Shown in pieces: positions 27,751 to 36,447 of a stretch of 64,000 bases of DNA. The position numbers and the translations under genes are program-made. This DNA comes from Phycisphaerales bacterium JB043. Lineage in GTDB: Bacteria; Planctomycetota; Phycisphaerae; Phycisphaerales; UBA1924. Below the pieces are notes generated by a model. It had not been told where the DNA came from and made no database searches. It saw nothing but the letters and a program-made list of their open reading frames with translations. The stretch's first letter is position 1. Each line of letters begins with the position of its first letter. The stretch lies in assembly GCA_043101425.1 (NCBI GenBank), contig JBICIA010000003.1, forward strand, positions 1-64,000. The letters are read 5' to 3'.

Positions 27751-28431
27751 ATGACGACGAACGGCACACCAGAGGCGCACTTCGTGCCGCTACCCGAGCG
27801 GTTCAACCCCGGCTGCACCCCCGAGGAGGGCGCGCGCCGTTTCTACGAGACGATGAGCACCCGACGGTCGGTGCGGATGTTCTCCGACAGGGCTGTCTCA
27901 CGAGAGACGATCGAGTGGATCGTGCGGAGCGCGACCACGGCGCCCAACGGGGCTAATAAGCAGCCGTGGCGGTTCGTGTGCGTGCAGGACCCTGAGCTGA
28001 AGCGGAAGATCAGGCTCGCGGCGGAGGAAGAGGAGCGCGAGTTCTACGAGCGTCGGGCCTCGGCTCAGTGGCTGGAGGATCTCGCGCCGCTGGGGACGGA
28101 CGAGAACAAGGAGTTTCTCGAGATCGCGCCGTGGCTGATCGTGGTCTTCAAGCTGGCAAAGGACGACGACGGCTCGCAGGTGTATTACAACACCGAGTCG
28201 GTCGGGCTCGCTGGAGGGATGCTGCTGGCGGCGATCCACCACGCCGGGCTCGTGGCGCTGACGCACACGCCCTCGCCCATGAAGTTCCTGACGCGCGTCC
28301 TGGACCGCCCCGAGCACGAGCGCCCGTTCCTGCTCGTGCCGGTGGGCTATCCCGCGGATGGCTGCGAGATACCGGCCAAGGCGCTGGAGCGCAAGCCGCT
28401 CGAGCAGGTGATGGTGATCGACAAGGGGTGA
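27751..28431 (+). CDS. Nitroreductase-family flavoprotein
   Basis: RRSVRMFSDRAVSRETIEWIVRSATTAPNGANKQPWRFVCV matches the nitroreductase/iodotyrosine-deiodinase-like N-terminal signature. Confidence 0.8.
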   Translation: MTTNGTPEAHFVPLPERFNPGCTPEEGARRFYETMSTRRSVRMFSDRAVSRETIEWIVRSATTAPNGANKQPWRFVCVQDPELKRKIRLAAEEEEREFYERRASAQWLEDLAPLGTDENKEFLEIAPWLIVVFKLAKDDDGSQVYYNTESVGLAGGMLLAAIHHAGLVALTHTPSPMKFLTRVLDRPEHERPFLLVPVGYPADGCEIPAKALERKPLEQVMVIDKG

Positions 28432-29688
28432 TCAGCGTGCGCTGGGGTGCGCTGCGAAGCGATCGACACGAAGGTGTTCGAGGATGGGGTCTGGCGCGCT
28501 CTCGACGAGCCCTCTGACCAGTTCCCCTGTGACCGGCGCGAGCGAGACGCCCAGGCGCGCGTGCCCCGTGGCGACGTGGAGGTTCTCGACACCATCGACC
28601 TGTCCTATCACGGGCAGCCCGTCGGGAAGGGCGGGCCGGCGACCGAGCCAGCGCGAGACGACGACACCCCGCTCCAGATGCGGCATCGCCTGGACAGCGC
28701 GTCTGTGCATGGTGCCGATGCGCCTGTCTGCGAGGGAGTCGTCGTCGCCAGTGATCTCGACGGTGCCGGAGACGCGGATGAAGTCGTCGATGGGTGTGAG
28801 GATGGTGTCTGAGTCGGCGATGATGACGGGCTTCGAGATCGGGATGCTCTCGAGACGGACGTCGGCGTGGTATCCCTTCGCGGCCTGGAGTGGCAGGTGG
28901 ATCTCGAATGGTTCGAGCAGCGCTACGCTGGACATGCCCGTGGCGAGGACGAACGCGTCGGCCTCGAGCGTGGTGTTGTCTGAGAGTGATGCGCTCGTGA
29001 CGCGCGCGTTGACGAGATTGAACGAGACGACACGCGTGTGCTCGCGGATGGTCACACCCGAGGCGCGCGCGTGGTCGATCATCGCGCAGACGAACCGATA
29101 CGGATTGAGCGATGCCCCCTGTGGGTGCGCCTGGACGCACAGCCAGCCATCGCGGAGGGCGTTGGCGTCCAGCGTCGGATCGGGTGGCGAGACGAGATGG
29201 CATTCGTGCTGGCGCGCGTGCATCGAGCGGGCCTCGAGGTCGAGCGCCTGGATCGTGCCCTCCTCGTAGGCGACGTACTCGGATCCTCGTGCGTGGAAAT
29301 CGCACTCGATGCCCGTGTCGTCGAGGAGAGTCTCGTATCGCGAGAGCATGTCGCGTCCGATGTGGTCGAGCACGCGGAGGCAGTGCTGCTCGTGCTCGTG
29401 CGTGCAGCACGCGCGGAACATCTCGAGCCATCGGCTGACCGGCTCGCTGGTTTCGGAGTAGATCCAGGGCGCGTCGGGATTGGTCGCGGCGTCGCACGCC
29501 TTGTCGAGTGCTCCGGGGACGCAGAGCGGGCCGTGGCCAGGCGCGATGAAACCCGAGTTTCCGAAGGAGCAGGCGTGTCCGATGGGTCCGCCATCGAGGA
29601 GTGTGACGTCGTGTCCCGCGCGGTTGAGCTCGTGTGCGCACAGAGCGCCGATGACACCACCGCCGACGATGACCACCTTCTGTGCCAT
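28432..29688 (-). CDS. FAD-dependent oxidoreductase (DAO family, D-amino-acid dehydrogenase-like)
   Basis: MAQKVVIVGGGVIGALCAHELNRAGHDVTLLD dinucleotide-binding motif; ~420 aa. An upstream in-frame Met at 29712 is also possible. Confidence 0.8.
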   Translation of the reverse strand: MAQKVVIVGGGVIGALCAHELNRAGHDVTLLDGGPIGHACSFGNSGFIAPGHGPLCVPGALDKACDAATNPDAPWIYSETSEPVSRWLEMFRACCTHEHEQHCLRVLDHIGRDMLSRYETLLDDTGIECDFHARGSEYVAYEEGTIQALDLEARSMHARQHECHLVSPPDPTLDANALRDGWLCVQAHPQGASLNPYRFVCAMIDHARASGVTIREHTRVVSFNLVNARVTSASLSDNTTLEADAFVLATGMSSVALLEPFEIHLPLQAAKGYHADVRLESIPISKPVIIADSDTILTPIDDFIRVSGTVEITGDDDSLADRRIGTMHRRAVQAMPHLERGVVVSRWLGRRPALPDGLPVIGQVDGVENLHVATGHARLGVSLAPVTGELVRGLVESAPDPILEHLRVDRFAAHPSAR

Positions 29689-29741
29689 GGCTGGATGATA
29701 TCCCATCGCCATCGAGCGGGCAGGTGTCTATGCTCTGTCCG

Positions 29742-30236
29742 ATGGCACGCGATTACACCGATGTGATTCGGCGCTGCGAGCGGATCGCCAGAGATCTGAC
29801 GATCGAGGAGCGCGCGCAGGCCGTGTCCGACATCCTGTGGGATGCGTTCCATGCGCGGGGTGTGTCGTGGGTTGGGTTCTATCTGGCGCGCGAGAACACT
29901 CCCGAGGACGAGCGACTTGTGCTGGTGGCCTGTCGGGACAAGCCAGCGTGCTCGCCCATCGGGCTGCACGGTGTGTGCGGGCAGGGATACGTGCGAGGAG
30001 AGACCCGGATCGTCGAGGACGTGCGCTCGCTCGGAGAGGACTACATCGCGTGCGACCCGCGCGACCTGTCGGAGATCGTGATCCCGATCTTCGACCCGGC
30101 GTCGGGCGCGTGCGTTGGCGTGCTGGACCTGGACTCGTTCGAGATCGGTGCGTTCGATGAGAGCGACGACGTCTCGCTGCGCGAGGTGTTGCGCGCGTCG
30201 GGATTCGATGTCAGGAGCCGAGTTGCCCCGTCGTGA
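29742..30236 (+). CDS. GAF-domain free methionine-(R)-sulfoxide reductase (fRMsr/YebR-like)
   Basis: GVSWVGFYLARE...LVLVAC...CGQGYVRGETRIVEDV...IVIPIFDPASGACVGVLDLDS aligns with E. coli YebR (INWAGFYLL...IACVRIPVGRGVCG...IVLPLVV..IIGVLDIDS). Confidence 0.8.
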   Translation: MARDYTDVIRRCERIARDLTIEERAQAVSDILWDAFHARGVSWVGFYLARENTPEDERLVLVACRDKPACSPIGLHGVCGQGYVRGETRIVEDVRSLGEDYIACDPRDLSEIVIPIFDPASGACVGVLDLDSFEIGAFDESDDVSLREVLRASGFDVRSRVAPS

Positions 30237-30666
30237 CGTAGCGCAGGACCTCGACGACCTGCGATGCTGATTCGCAGACGGCGAGTGCCGCGGCGTCGAT
30301 CTCCTTGAGCGCGTGCCTGTGCTCGGGTGAGTGGATGATGATGAGCTTCTTGCCCAGTGCTGCGGCGTAGCCGGCGTCGAAGGCGGCGTTCCACTGCTTG
30401 TATTTCTCGCCGAACTTGACGACGACGATGTCCGCCCTCTCGATGAGCGTGCGTGTGCGGATGGCGTTGAGGGAGGCGCCCTTGCGGTCGTGCCAGAACG
30501 GGTCTGGTTCGGGCCCGAGGATACGCACGCCGCAATCGTCGGAGGCGTCGTGGTCGGTGACGGGCGCGTGGCAGAAGACGTCGAGATTCGAATCGTCGAT
30601 GGCTCTGGTGATCTCGTCGCGCCAGGGCGAGTGGATTTCTCCTGCGAGGTAGGCGTTCCAGGTCAT
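30211..30666 (-). CDS. YtoQ-family protein (nucleoside 2-deoxyribosyltransferase-like fold)
   Basis: MTWNAYLAGEIHSPWRDEI...ADIVVVKFGEKYKQWNAAFDAGYAAALGKKLIIIHS is characteristic of YtoQ. Confidence 0.7.
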   Translation of the reverse strand: MTWNAYLAGEIHSPWRDEITRAIDDSNLDVFCHAPVTDHDASDDCGVRILGPEPDPFWHDRKGASLNAIRTRTLIERADIVVVKFGEKYKQWNAAFDAGYAAALGKKLIIIHSPEHRHALKEIDAAALAVCESASQVVEVLRYVTTGQLGS

Positions 30667-30824
30667 CGCGACTCCAGTGTGTGGAGGTGTTCTCGGTCGT
30701 CAACGCGTGGGTCGCGTCGCGGTACACTCGGTGAGCCGGTACGATATCGCGCCTGCGAGCGGGCTCAAGGGACCCGCCCGGGGCGATGAGCACTCGACAC
30801 ACCCATCATCTGAAAGGATCGGAC

Positions 30825-31583
30825 ATGATCCGTCGCAGCCTGTTTCTTGTTGCCCTCATGGGCATCCTCGGAGCGTCCACGGCACTGGCGCAGCACGATT
30901 TCACGAGAGTGCCGATCCTGCCCAAGGAGATGCACGCGATGATCAAGGGGCGCCACTACACGATGGCGCAGATGGTCGAGGCAGCCGAGGCGCACGTCGG
31001 TGGGCGTTGTGTGGATGCGCGTTGGAACTTCCCGGGCGAGGAGAATCCCGCCGCGGCCACGGTCACTGTCATCACGGAGACGGAGAAGCACCGGGTTATT
31101 GTCAATGGCCTGCGCGGCGACGTGATCAGCAGCGAGGTGGTCAACACGTTTCCGGGCATGCCGACCGTTGGCCAGATCAAGCGTCGCCCCTCGGGCTTGA
31201 TGTACTACGAGCTGAAGGAGGGCGACGGCCCGGAGCCGCCGACGTCGACGTCGAAGGTGCTGGTGCACTACACGGGCTACTTCAACAATGGTGTGAAGTT
31301 CGACTCGTCGTATGACAGGAACGAGCCGATCGAGTTCCCGCTCAACCAGGTGATCCGCGGATGGGGCGAGGGCGTGGGCTCGATGAAGGTCGGTGGCATC
31401 CGCAAGCTGATCATCCCGGCGGATCTCGGATATGGCGAGCAGGGGATCCGGCGCGGTGCGCAGGAGATCATCCCGCCCAATGCGTTGCTGATCTTCGACG
31501 TCGAGCTGATCGACATTACGGATCTTCCCGAGGAGGACTCGCAGGATCCGGTCGAGGAGGCTGGGGGCGATGGCTCCGAGTGA
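30825..31583 (+). CDS. FKBP-type peptidyl-prolyl cis-trans isomerase with N-terminal domain and signal peptide
   Basis: VLVHYTGYFNNGVKFDSSYDRNEPIEFPLNQVIRGWGEGVGSMKVGGIRKLIIPADLGYGEQG and IPPNALLIFDVELIDI. Signal peptide MIRRSLFLVALMGILGASTALA. Confidence 0.85.
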   Translation: MIRRSLFLVALMGILGASTALAQHDFTRVPILPKEMHAMIKGRHYTMAQMVEAAEAHVGGRCVDARWNFPGEENPAAATVTVITETEKHRVIVNGLRGDVISSEVVNTFPGMPTVGQIKRRPSGLMYYELKEGDGPEPPTSTSKVLVHYTGYFNNGVKFDSSYDRNEPIEFPLNQVIRGWGEGVGSMKVGGIRKLIIPADLGYGEQGIRRGAQEIIPPNALLIFDVELIDITDLPEEDSQDPVEEAGGDGSE

Positions 31584-31605
31584 GTCGTGCGTCGTGTATT
31601 GAGGA

Positions 31606-31650
31606 CAAAAAAAACACCCCGCGTCGAGTGGCGCGGGGTGTTTGTTGTAT
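31606..31650. terminator. Bidirectional rho-independent terminator
   Basis: AAAAAAAA-CACCCCGCG-tcgagtgg-CGCGGGGTG-TTTGTTGT lies between the convergent fkbP-like and RRM genes. Confidence 0.65.
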
Positions 31651-31666
31651 CGCGTGTGCGAGAGAT

Positions 31667-31930
31667 TCAATAGCGGGGCGGGCGTGCCTCGCGGGGTCTG
31701 GCCTCGTTGACGACCAGTGCGCGTCCATCGACGTCCTTGCCGTGCATCGTCTCGATGGCATTCCTGCCGGCGTCGTCGTCCATCTCGACGAAACCGAACC
31801 CACGCGAGCGACCCGTCTCGCGATCCGTGATGATTTTTGCGGAGTGAACCGTGCCGTGCTCGCTGAAGAGGGTCTCGAGCGAGGAATCGGTTGTGGAGAA
31901 GGGAAGGTTCCCTACGTACAGCTTGATCAT
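31667..31930 (-). CDS. RRM-type RNA-binding protein (glycine/arginine-rich tail)
   Basis: RNP2 KLYVGNL and RNP1 RGFGFVEM; 87 aa. Start at the MIKLY Met; upstream in-frame codons discounted. Confidence 0.85.
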   Translation of the reverse strand: MIKLYVGNLPFSTTDSSLETLFSEHGTVHSAKIITDRETGRSRGFGFVEMDDDAGRNAIETMHGKDVDGRALVVNEARPREARPPRY

Positions 31931-32192
31931 TGTGTGATCCTGACCTGTCGCCCGAGAGAAGTGATGCGAACTCGAGGCGTCGGGCGCGATCGTCGGGTCC
32001 ACTGGCAAGGCCGGCTCTCCGGCCCTTCATGAGTTGGTGAGTATACCAAATCACCGTCGGGGTCAAGCAGAATGCTCCTCTGCGGCGTGCGTGGGGCGTT
32101 TTTTGGGGTCGAGGGGCGGTGAGGCAGGTAGACAGACGGGTACACGCCATCGGATACCATTCTGCTCTTCGTCGAGATGGAGGAATCAACGC

Positions 32193-32879
32193 ATGGCATC
32201 GCACATCACTCCCGAGCTGTTCTCGTACCTTCGCGCGCTGAAGCGAAACAACACGCGTGAGTGGTTCAAGAAGAACCAGGACCGGTACGAGTCGGTGTTG
32301 CGAGAGCCGCTGCGGGCGTTCATCCGGGACTTCGAGGCGCCATTGGCGAGGCTGAGCCCGCACTTCGTGGCGGATGACTCGAAGGTTGGCGGCTCGTTGT
32401 TTCGCATCCATAAGGACACTCGATTCAGCAAGGACAAGACGCCGTACAAGACGAACTCCGGGATCCACTTCCGCCACGAGCTCGCCAAGGACGTGCACGC
32501 GCCGGGGTTCTACCTGCACCTGGAGCCGGGGCGTGTGTTCGTGGGCGCTGGCATCTGGCATCCGGACACGGACACGCTGCGTCAGATCCGCGAGCGGATC
32601 GTCGAGAAGCCGGCCGAGTGGAAGAAGGTGATGCGGAGCAGGGTGATCGCGTCGGGGACAGCCGAGCTGGCGGGGGAGTCGCTCAAGCGCCCGCCGCGCG
32701 GCTTCGATGGCGTGCACGAGCTGATCGAGGACATCAAGCGGAAGGACTTCATCGGGGTGATCGATCTCGACGAGAAGACGGCGTGCTCCCCGACGTTCGC
32801 GCGGACGATCGCTGGGCACTACAAGAGCATGCTGCCCCTGATGCGGTTCTGTTGCGACGCCATCGGCGTGTCGTGCTGA
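32193..32879 (+). CDS. DUF2461 (TIGR02453) family protein
   Basis: NNTREWFKKNQDRYE...FRIHKDTRFSKDKTPYKTN...PGFYLHLEPG...FVGAGIWHP is the typical DUF2461 signature. Confidence 0.7.
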   Translation: MASHITPELFSYLRALKRNNTREWFKKNQDRYESVLREPLRAFIRDFEAPLARLSPHFVADDSKVGGSLFRIHKDTRFSKDKTPYKTNSGIHFRHELAKDVHAPGFYLHLEPGRVFVGAGIWHPDTDTLRQIRERIVEKPAEWKKVMRSRVIASGTAELAGESLKRPPRGFDGVHELIEDIKRKDFIGVIDLDEKTACSPTFARTIAGHYKSMLPLMRFCCDAIGVSC

Positions 32880-32883
32880 GCGG

Positions 32884-33897
32884 TTAGTGCACGACGTTCG
32901 CGTACGGATCGCCCGTGAATGAACTGCCGCCTGAGGAGCCGAAGATCCCAGCCGCGTTTGGTGCGGCAACGACGTAGCACTTGTTGTTCACCGCGGTCGA
33001 GAACGCTGTTCCGGCGTTTTCGACCACATTCCGGACGATCAGATTGTCGGACGACAAGACCCTTATGCCGGTACCAGCGAACGAGATCGTGTTCGAGTCG
33101 ACGACGTTGCCACCGAAGCCGGCTACGTCGATGCCGTAGCCCGAGCTAGTCCCGATGATCTTGTTGCCCTGCACGATGGTGTCGAAGTTGTTGGGCAGAT
33201 ACACACCCCGTGCGGTGCTTGGCAGGCCGGCGTTGGTGTTGGGGCGTGTGATGTGGTTGTCGATAATGTGGCAGCGTGATTGTGCCTGGATGGCTGCACC
33301 GGTCACGCGATCGATGACGCACTCGCGTACCACGGAATCGGCCGTCACGAATATGCCCCCTGTGTTGGAGGCGGTTGTTCCGGTTGCGCTCACATAACAA
33401 CGCAGGATCTCGGCGCCGAACGCGCCGCCGAGGATCTCGATGCCCCAGCTGCCGCAGTTGAGGACTCTTAGGTCCTCAAGTCGGCCAGAGTCGGTCGAGA
33501 TGCTGATCCCCTGGTTGGCGAAGTTTCGCACGCTGCCGTTCTCGATCACCACGTCGGCAAGAAAGGCGGCTGTCCTGATGCCGATGGGCGCCGAGCCGGC
33601 GCCTTCGAGGACAAATCCGTTGAGATCGAGCGTGACACTGCTGGCGGCGATCCGTATGCCGTTCTTGCCGAACTCGGCCGCTAGGTTATCTGTCAGGTAG
33701 TAGGACCCGGGCTGGGTGATGATAAAGGTGTCGGTCGCGTCGCCCGGCGTGTTGGTCGCGTTGATCGCGATTCTCGGCTCGACCTCGGTGAGTGTTTTAT
33801 AGGTCGGATCCGTCGGCGCACCAGGCGGCGAGAGGGGGCCCGCGAGAGTGGGTGCGCCGACAGCGAGCACGAGAGTGGTTACGAACAGAGTGCGCAT
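32884..33897 (-). CDS. Secreted right-handed parallel beta-helix repeat protein (paralog A)
   Basis: Signal peptide MRTLFVTTLVLAVGAPTLAGPL. Repeated G/N/T-rich beta-helix rungs. Shares its N-terminal motif with 36448..37701. Confidence 0.65.
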   Translation of the reverse strand: MRTLFVTTLVLAVGAPTLAGPLSPPGAPTDPTYKTLTEVEPRIAINATNTPGDATDTFIITQPGSYYLTDNLAAEFGKNGIRIAASSVTLDLNGFVLEGAGSAPIGIRTAAFLADVVIENGSVRNFANQGISISTDSGRLEDLRVLNCGSWGIEILGGAFGAEILRCYVSATGTTASNTGGIFVTADSVVRECVIDRVTGAAIQAQSRCHIIDNHITRPNTNAGLPSTARGVYLPNNFDTIVQGNKIIGTSSGYGIDVAGFGGNVVDSNTISFAGTGIRVLSSDNLIVRNVVENAGTAFSTAVNNKCYVVAAPNAAGIFGSSGGSSFTGDPYANVVH

Positions 33898-34120
33898 TGA
33901 TGTCTCCTCCGAGAGGTTGGATGTGCGTCCATCTTAGGATGTTGGGCGTTCGTCCTATAGGAAAAAGTTTGGGATATGGGACGTGTCTGCGAGCGCTGGT
34001 GCGCGGTGTGCGCGCGCGATCGCGATTTGTCATTTTGTTCTTGACACCGATCCGGCGTCGGATACTCTCGGAGCGGAGTCAGAATCCATCTTTCGGGAGA
34101 GTGTGATCATGCGCACAGGG

Positions 34121-34726
34121 ATCATTCTCACGGCCACTGTTGCTGTGGTTTCATCGTTCTCGTCGAGCGGCGACACGCTCGTCATCGAGACATCCAGGTC
34201 GTGGAATTTCAGTGATGCTGGGATGAACAACGGGTTCTCCTCGCTGTCGTCGCAGCTTGTCGATCGTGACGACGACGTGCTGCTGGACAACGGCAAGGAC
34301 CCGGCGATGCACGAGCTGACGGTCGTGCGGATCGGGCTCGCACAGGACATCGTGATATCGAACTACGTGGTTGACGGGGGCGGGGTGCAGGTGGTGACGT
34401 TCTTCACCGCGATGTCGTTCACCGACAGCGCGGGAACGGGGACGGGCATCGGTGTCAACACGGCTGCGTTCACGACGACGGGCAGCGCGATGACCATCGA
34501 CGACTGGAACGCGCTGAGCATCATGCTGGACCCGTCGATCTACGATGGCACGGGGACGGTGTCGGTGACTCCGCAGATCGACTCGAACCTCAACGGCGCG
34601 AGTGGCGGGCTGGCGTTGTTCAATGGCGAGTTTCGCGTGCAGTACACGTGGGAGGTGATTCCGTCGCCCGGCACGATGGCGATGCTCGGGATGATGGGGG
34701 TGATGGGATCGCGCCGGAGGCGGTAG
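34121..34726 (+). CDS. Secreted protein with PEP-CTERM-like sorting tail (PSP variant)
   Basis: C-terminus VIPSPGTMAMLGMMGVMGSRRRR (proline-rich motif, hydrophobic helix, Arg cluster). N-terminal signal-like segment MRTGIILTATVAVVSS. Confidence 0.55.
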   Translation: MILTATVAVVSSFSSSGDTLVIETSRSWNFSDAGMNNGFSSLSSQLVDRDDDVLLDNGKDPAMHELTVVRIGLAQDIVISNYVVDGGGVQVVTFFTAMSFTDSAGTGTGIGVNTAAFTTTGSAMTIDDWNALSIMLDPSIYDGTGTVSVTPQIDSNLNGASGGLALFNGEFRVQYTWEVIPSPGTMAMLGMMGVMGSRRRR

Positions 34727-34797
34727 CGGGAGCGTGTGAGTTGGCATTCTGAAAGCCCGGGCCCCCTCTGACGTAGAATGGGGTCGAGGGCTCTGCC

Positions 34798-35364
34798 ATG
34801 ATCCAGTTCACGTGTCCAAAATGCGGCGGAAGGCTGAGCGGTGACGAGAGCAACGTCGGCGCGTCGATCGAGTGCCCGTCGTGCCAGAACGTGAGCGTGG
34901 TGCCCGCGCACTCGGTGGCGCCCGAGCGTTCCGCGCCGGCGCGTGTGGTGGTGCAGCGGACGGGTGTGCCGTACACGTTGAAGGTGGCGCTGGCGTTCTT
35001 CCTGGCGGGCTTCGTGGTGATGTTCTGGTACATGCTGATGACGGACCCGGCGACGGTCTCCGAGGAGGAGTTCGCGGCCCATGGGTTTGTTGGGTTCGTC
35101 ACGCTGCCGACGGTGCCGGCGTCGATCGTTGGGCTGGTGGCCGCGTTCAAGCGTCGCTGGTGGGGGGCGATCGTGTTCTCGATCTCAGAGGGCTTCGCGC
35201 TGCTGCTGTATGCGGCGCTGATCGCCGGGTTCGGATGGCACACGGGCGACGGCCTGCAGGTGCTGGTCGCGGCGTCGTCGATCGTGTTCGTGCTGCACAA
35301 GGAGAGCCGCGCGTATTACGCGACGCGTCGAGTGAGTCCCGGCCGTGGTCTCGCCCACGCGTGA
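34798..35364 (+). CDS. Zinc-ribbon (CxxC...CxxC) membrane protein, hypothetical
   Basis: N-terminus FTCPKCGGRLSGDESNVGASIECPSCQN then 4 TM segments. Confidence 0.5.
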   Translation: MIQFTCPKCGGRLSGDESNVGASIECPSCQNVSVVPAHSVAPERSAPARVVVQRTGVPYTLKVALAFFLAGFVVMFWYMLMTDPATVSEEEFAAHGFVGFVTLPTVPASIVGLVAAFKRRWWGAIVFSISEGFALLLYAALIAGFGWHTGDGLQVLVAASSIVFVLHKESRAYYATRRVSPGRGLAHA

Positions 35365-35376
35365 GTATTTTAGAGA

Positions 35377-36237
35377 TCAGCGTCTGCGCGTTGCGAGCGA
35401 GAGCCCGAGTATGAGGGCAAGTCCGGTGGAGGGTGAGGGAACAATCACGCTCTCCCAGTCTGCGCCGGAACTCGATGAGATCGAGGAGTACGTGACATCC
35501 GTTGATCCGATCTTGACCGAATCGGTGCCGAGCCACTGGAAGGTGTTGAGCAGGTTCATTTCCGAGGTGCGTGCACCGGAGATGCCATCGTCGATGTTTG
35601 ATGAGTCCGAGTATGCAAGGATGTTGCCGACGAATGGTGTGTCGTGTCCGAGCGTGACCTGGAGTGTGACCTGATAGATGCCGAACGGGTCTCCCGTGTA
35701 GCCGGTGTTGGGGTCATGCTGGGCTGCGTAGAAGGGCGATGAGCTGATGTCAGTGCTCATCTGCAGGTTCCACAGCGTGAGCGCTCGGTTCTGTCCCGAG
35801 GGATCCACAGCACTGGATGCCCCCGTGATAGCGAACGAGAACGTCCAGTCGGCGACCGTTCCTATATTGGCCGGGTTGGTCGGATTGATGTTGACTGTGT
35901 CGGACCAATCCAGCACGGCGCTCGCGGAGCCTGAGCCGTTGCGTGACGAGGATGTTGGTGAGACGCTCGCGGAGGTTTGCAGGCGGGCGAAGCCGAATGT
36001 GGCGAGCACCGATGATTGGTAGTCGTACGCCTCGCCGCGTGCGCCGATGCCCGTCGATGTAGCGGACACAGAGATCGGCCCGGTTGGGCCGCGCTGGGAA
36101 TCAAAGTCGTTGACCAGCGGCGTGAACGTGCCGAAGAACTGCGAGTCCGATGATACGAGCAGCTCGTGCTGCGCGATTGCACTGCTTGTGCAAGCGAGCG
36201 TGATCGTAACAACGACGGCGATGCGTGCGTGTGCCAT
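35377..36237 (-). CDS. Secreted protein with PEP-CTERM-like sorting tail (PSP variant)
   Basis: Signal MAHARIAVVVTITLACTSSAIAQ. C-terminus VIVPSPSTGLALILGLSLATRRR. Start set at the MAHARIA Met (36237); upstream in-frame part discounted. Confidence 0.55.
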   Translation of the reverse strand: MAHARIAVVVTITLACTSSAIAQHELLVSSDSQFFGTFTPLVNDFDSQRGPTGPISVSATSTGIGARGEAYDYQSSVLATFGFARLQTSASVSPTSSSRNGSGSASAVLDWSDTVNINPTNPANIGTVADWTFSFAITGASSAVDPSGQNRALTLWNLQMSTDISSSPFYAAQHDPNTGYTGDPFGIYQVTLQVTLGHDTPFVGNILAYSDSSNIDDGISGARTSEMNLLNTFQWLGTDSVKIGSTDVTYSSISSSSGADWESVIVPSPSTGLALILGLSLATRRR

Positions 36238-36447
36238 ACGACTTCTCCTCGGTGTCGTCGGGGATGCCTCTGTGCGGTGCAGGCCATCCTGAATCATAGA
36301 GAATGTTCTGCCCCAAAAACAGGAAAAAGTAGAGAATCCAGACACGCGGATTGCACGAGTACGCAGCGAGGCACGCTGTGGAAGAATCGATCTCACACAG
36401 CATCTCGGGCGCGGAAGTAGACCACGCGTTCCAGTACGGGGTGTGCT

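Noticed and set aside
28148-29641. 497-aa ORF overlapping the FAD-dependent oxidoreductase gene
   Set aside because: Same strand but a different frame. Low-complexity R/P/A composition. The DAO-family frame carries the GxGxxG motif.
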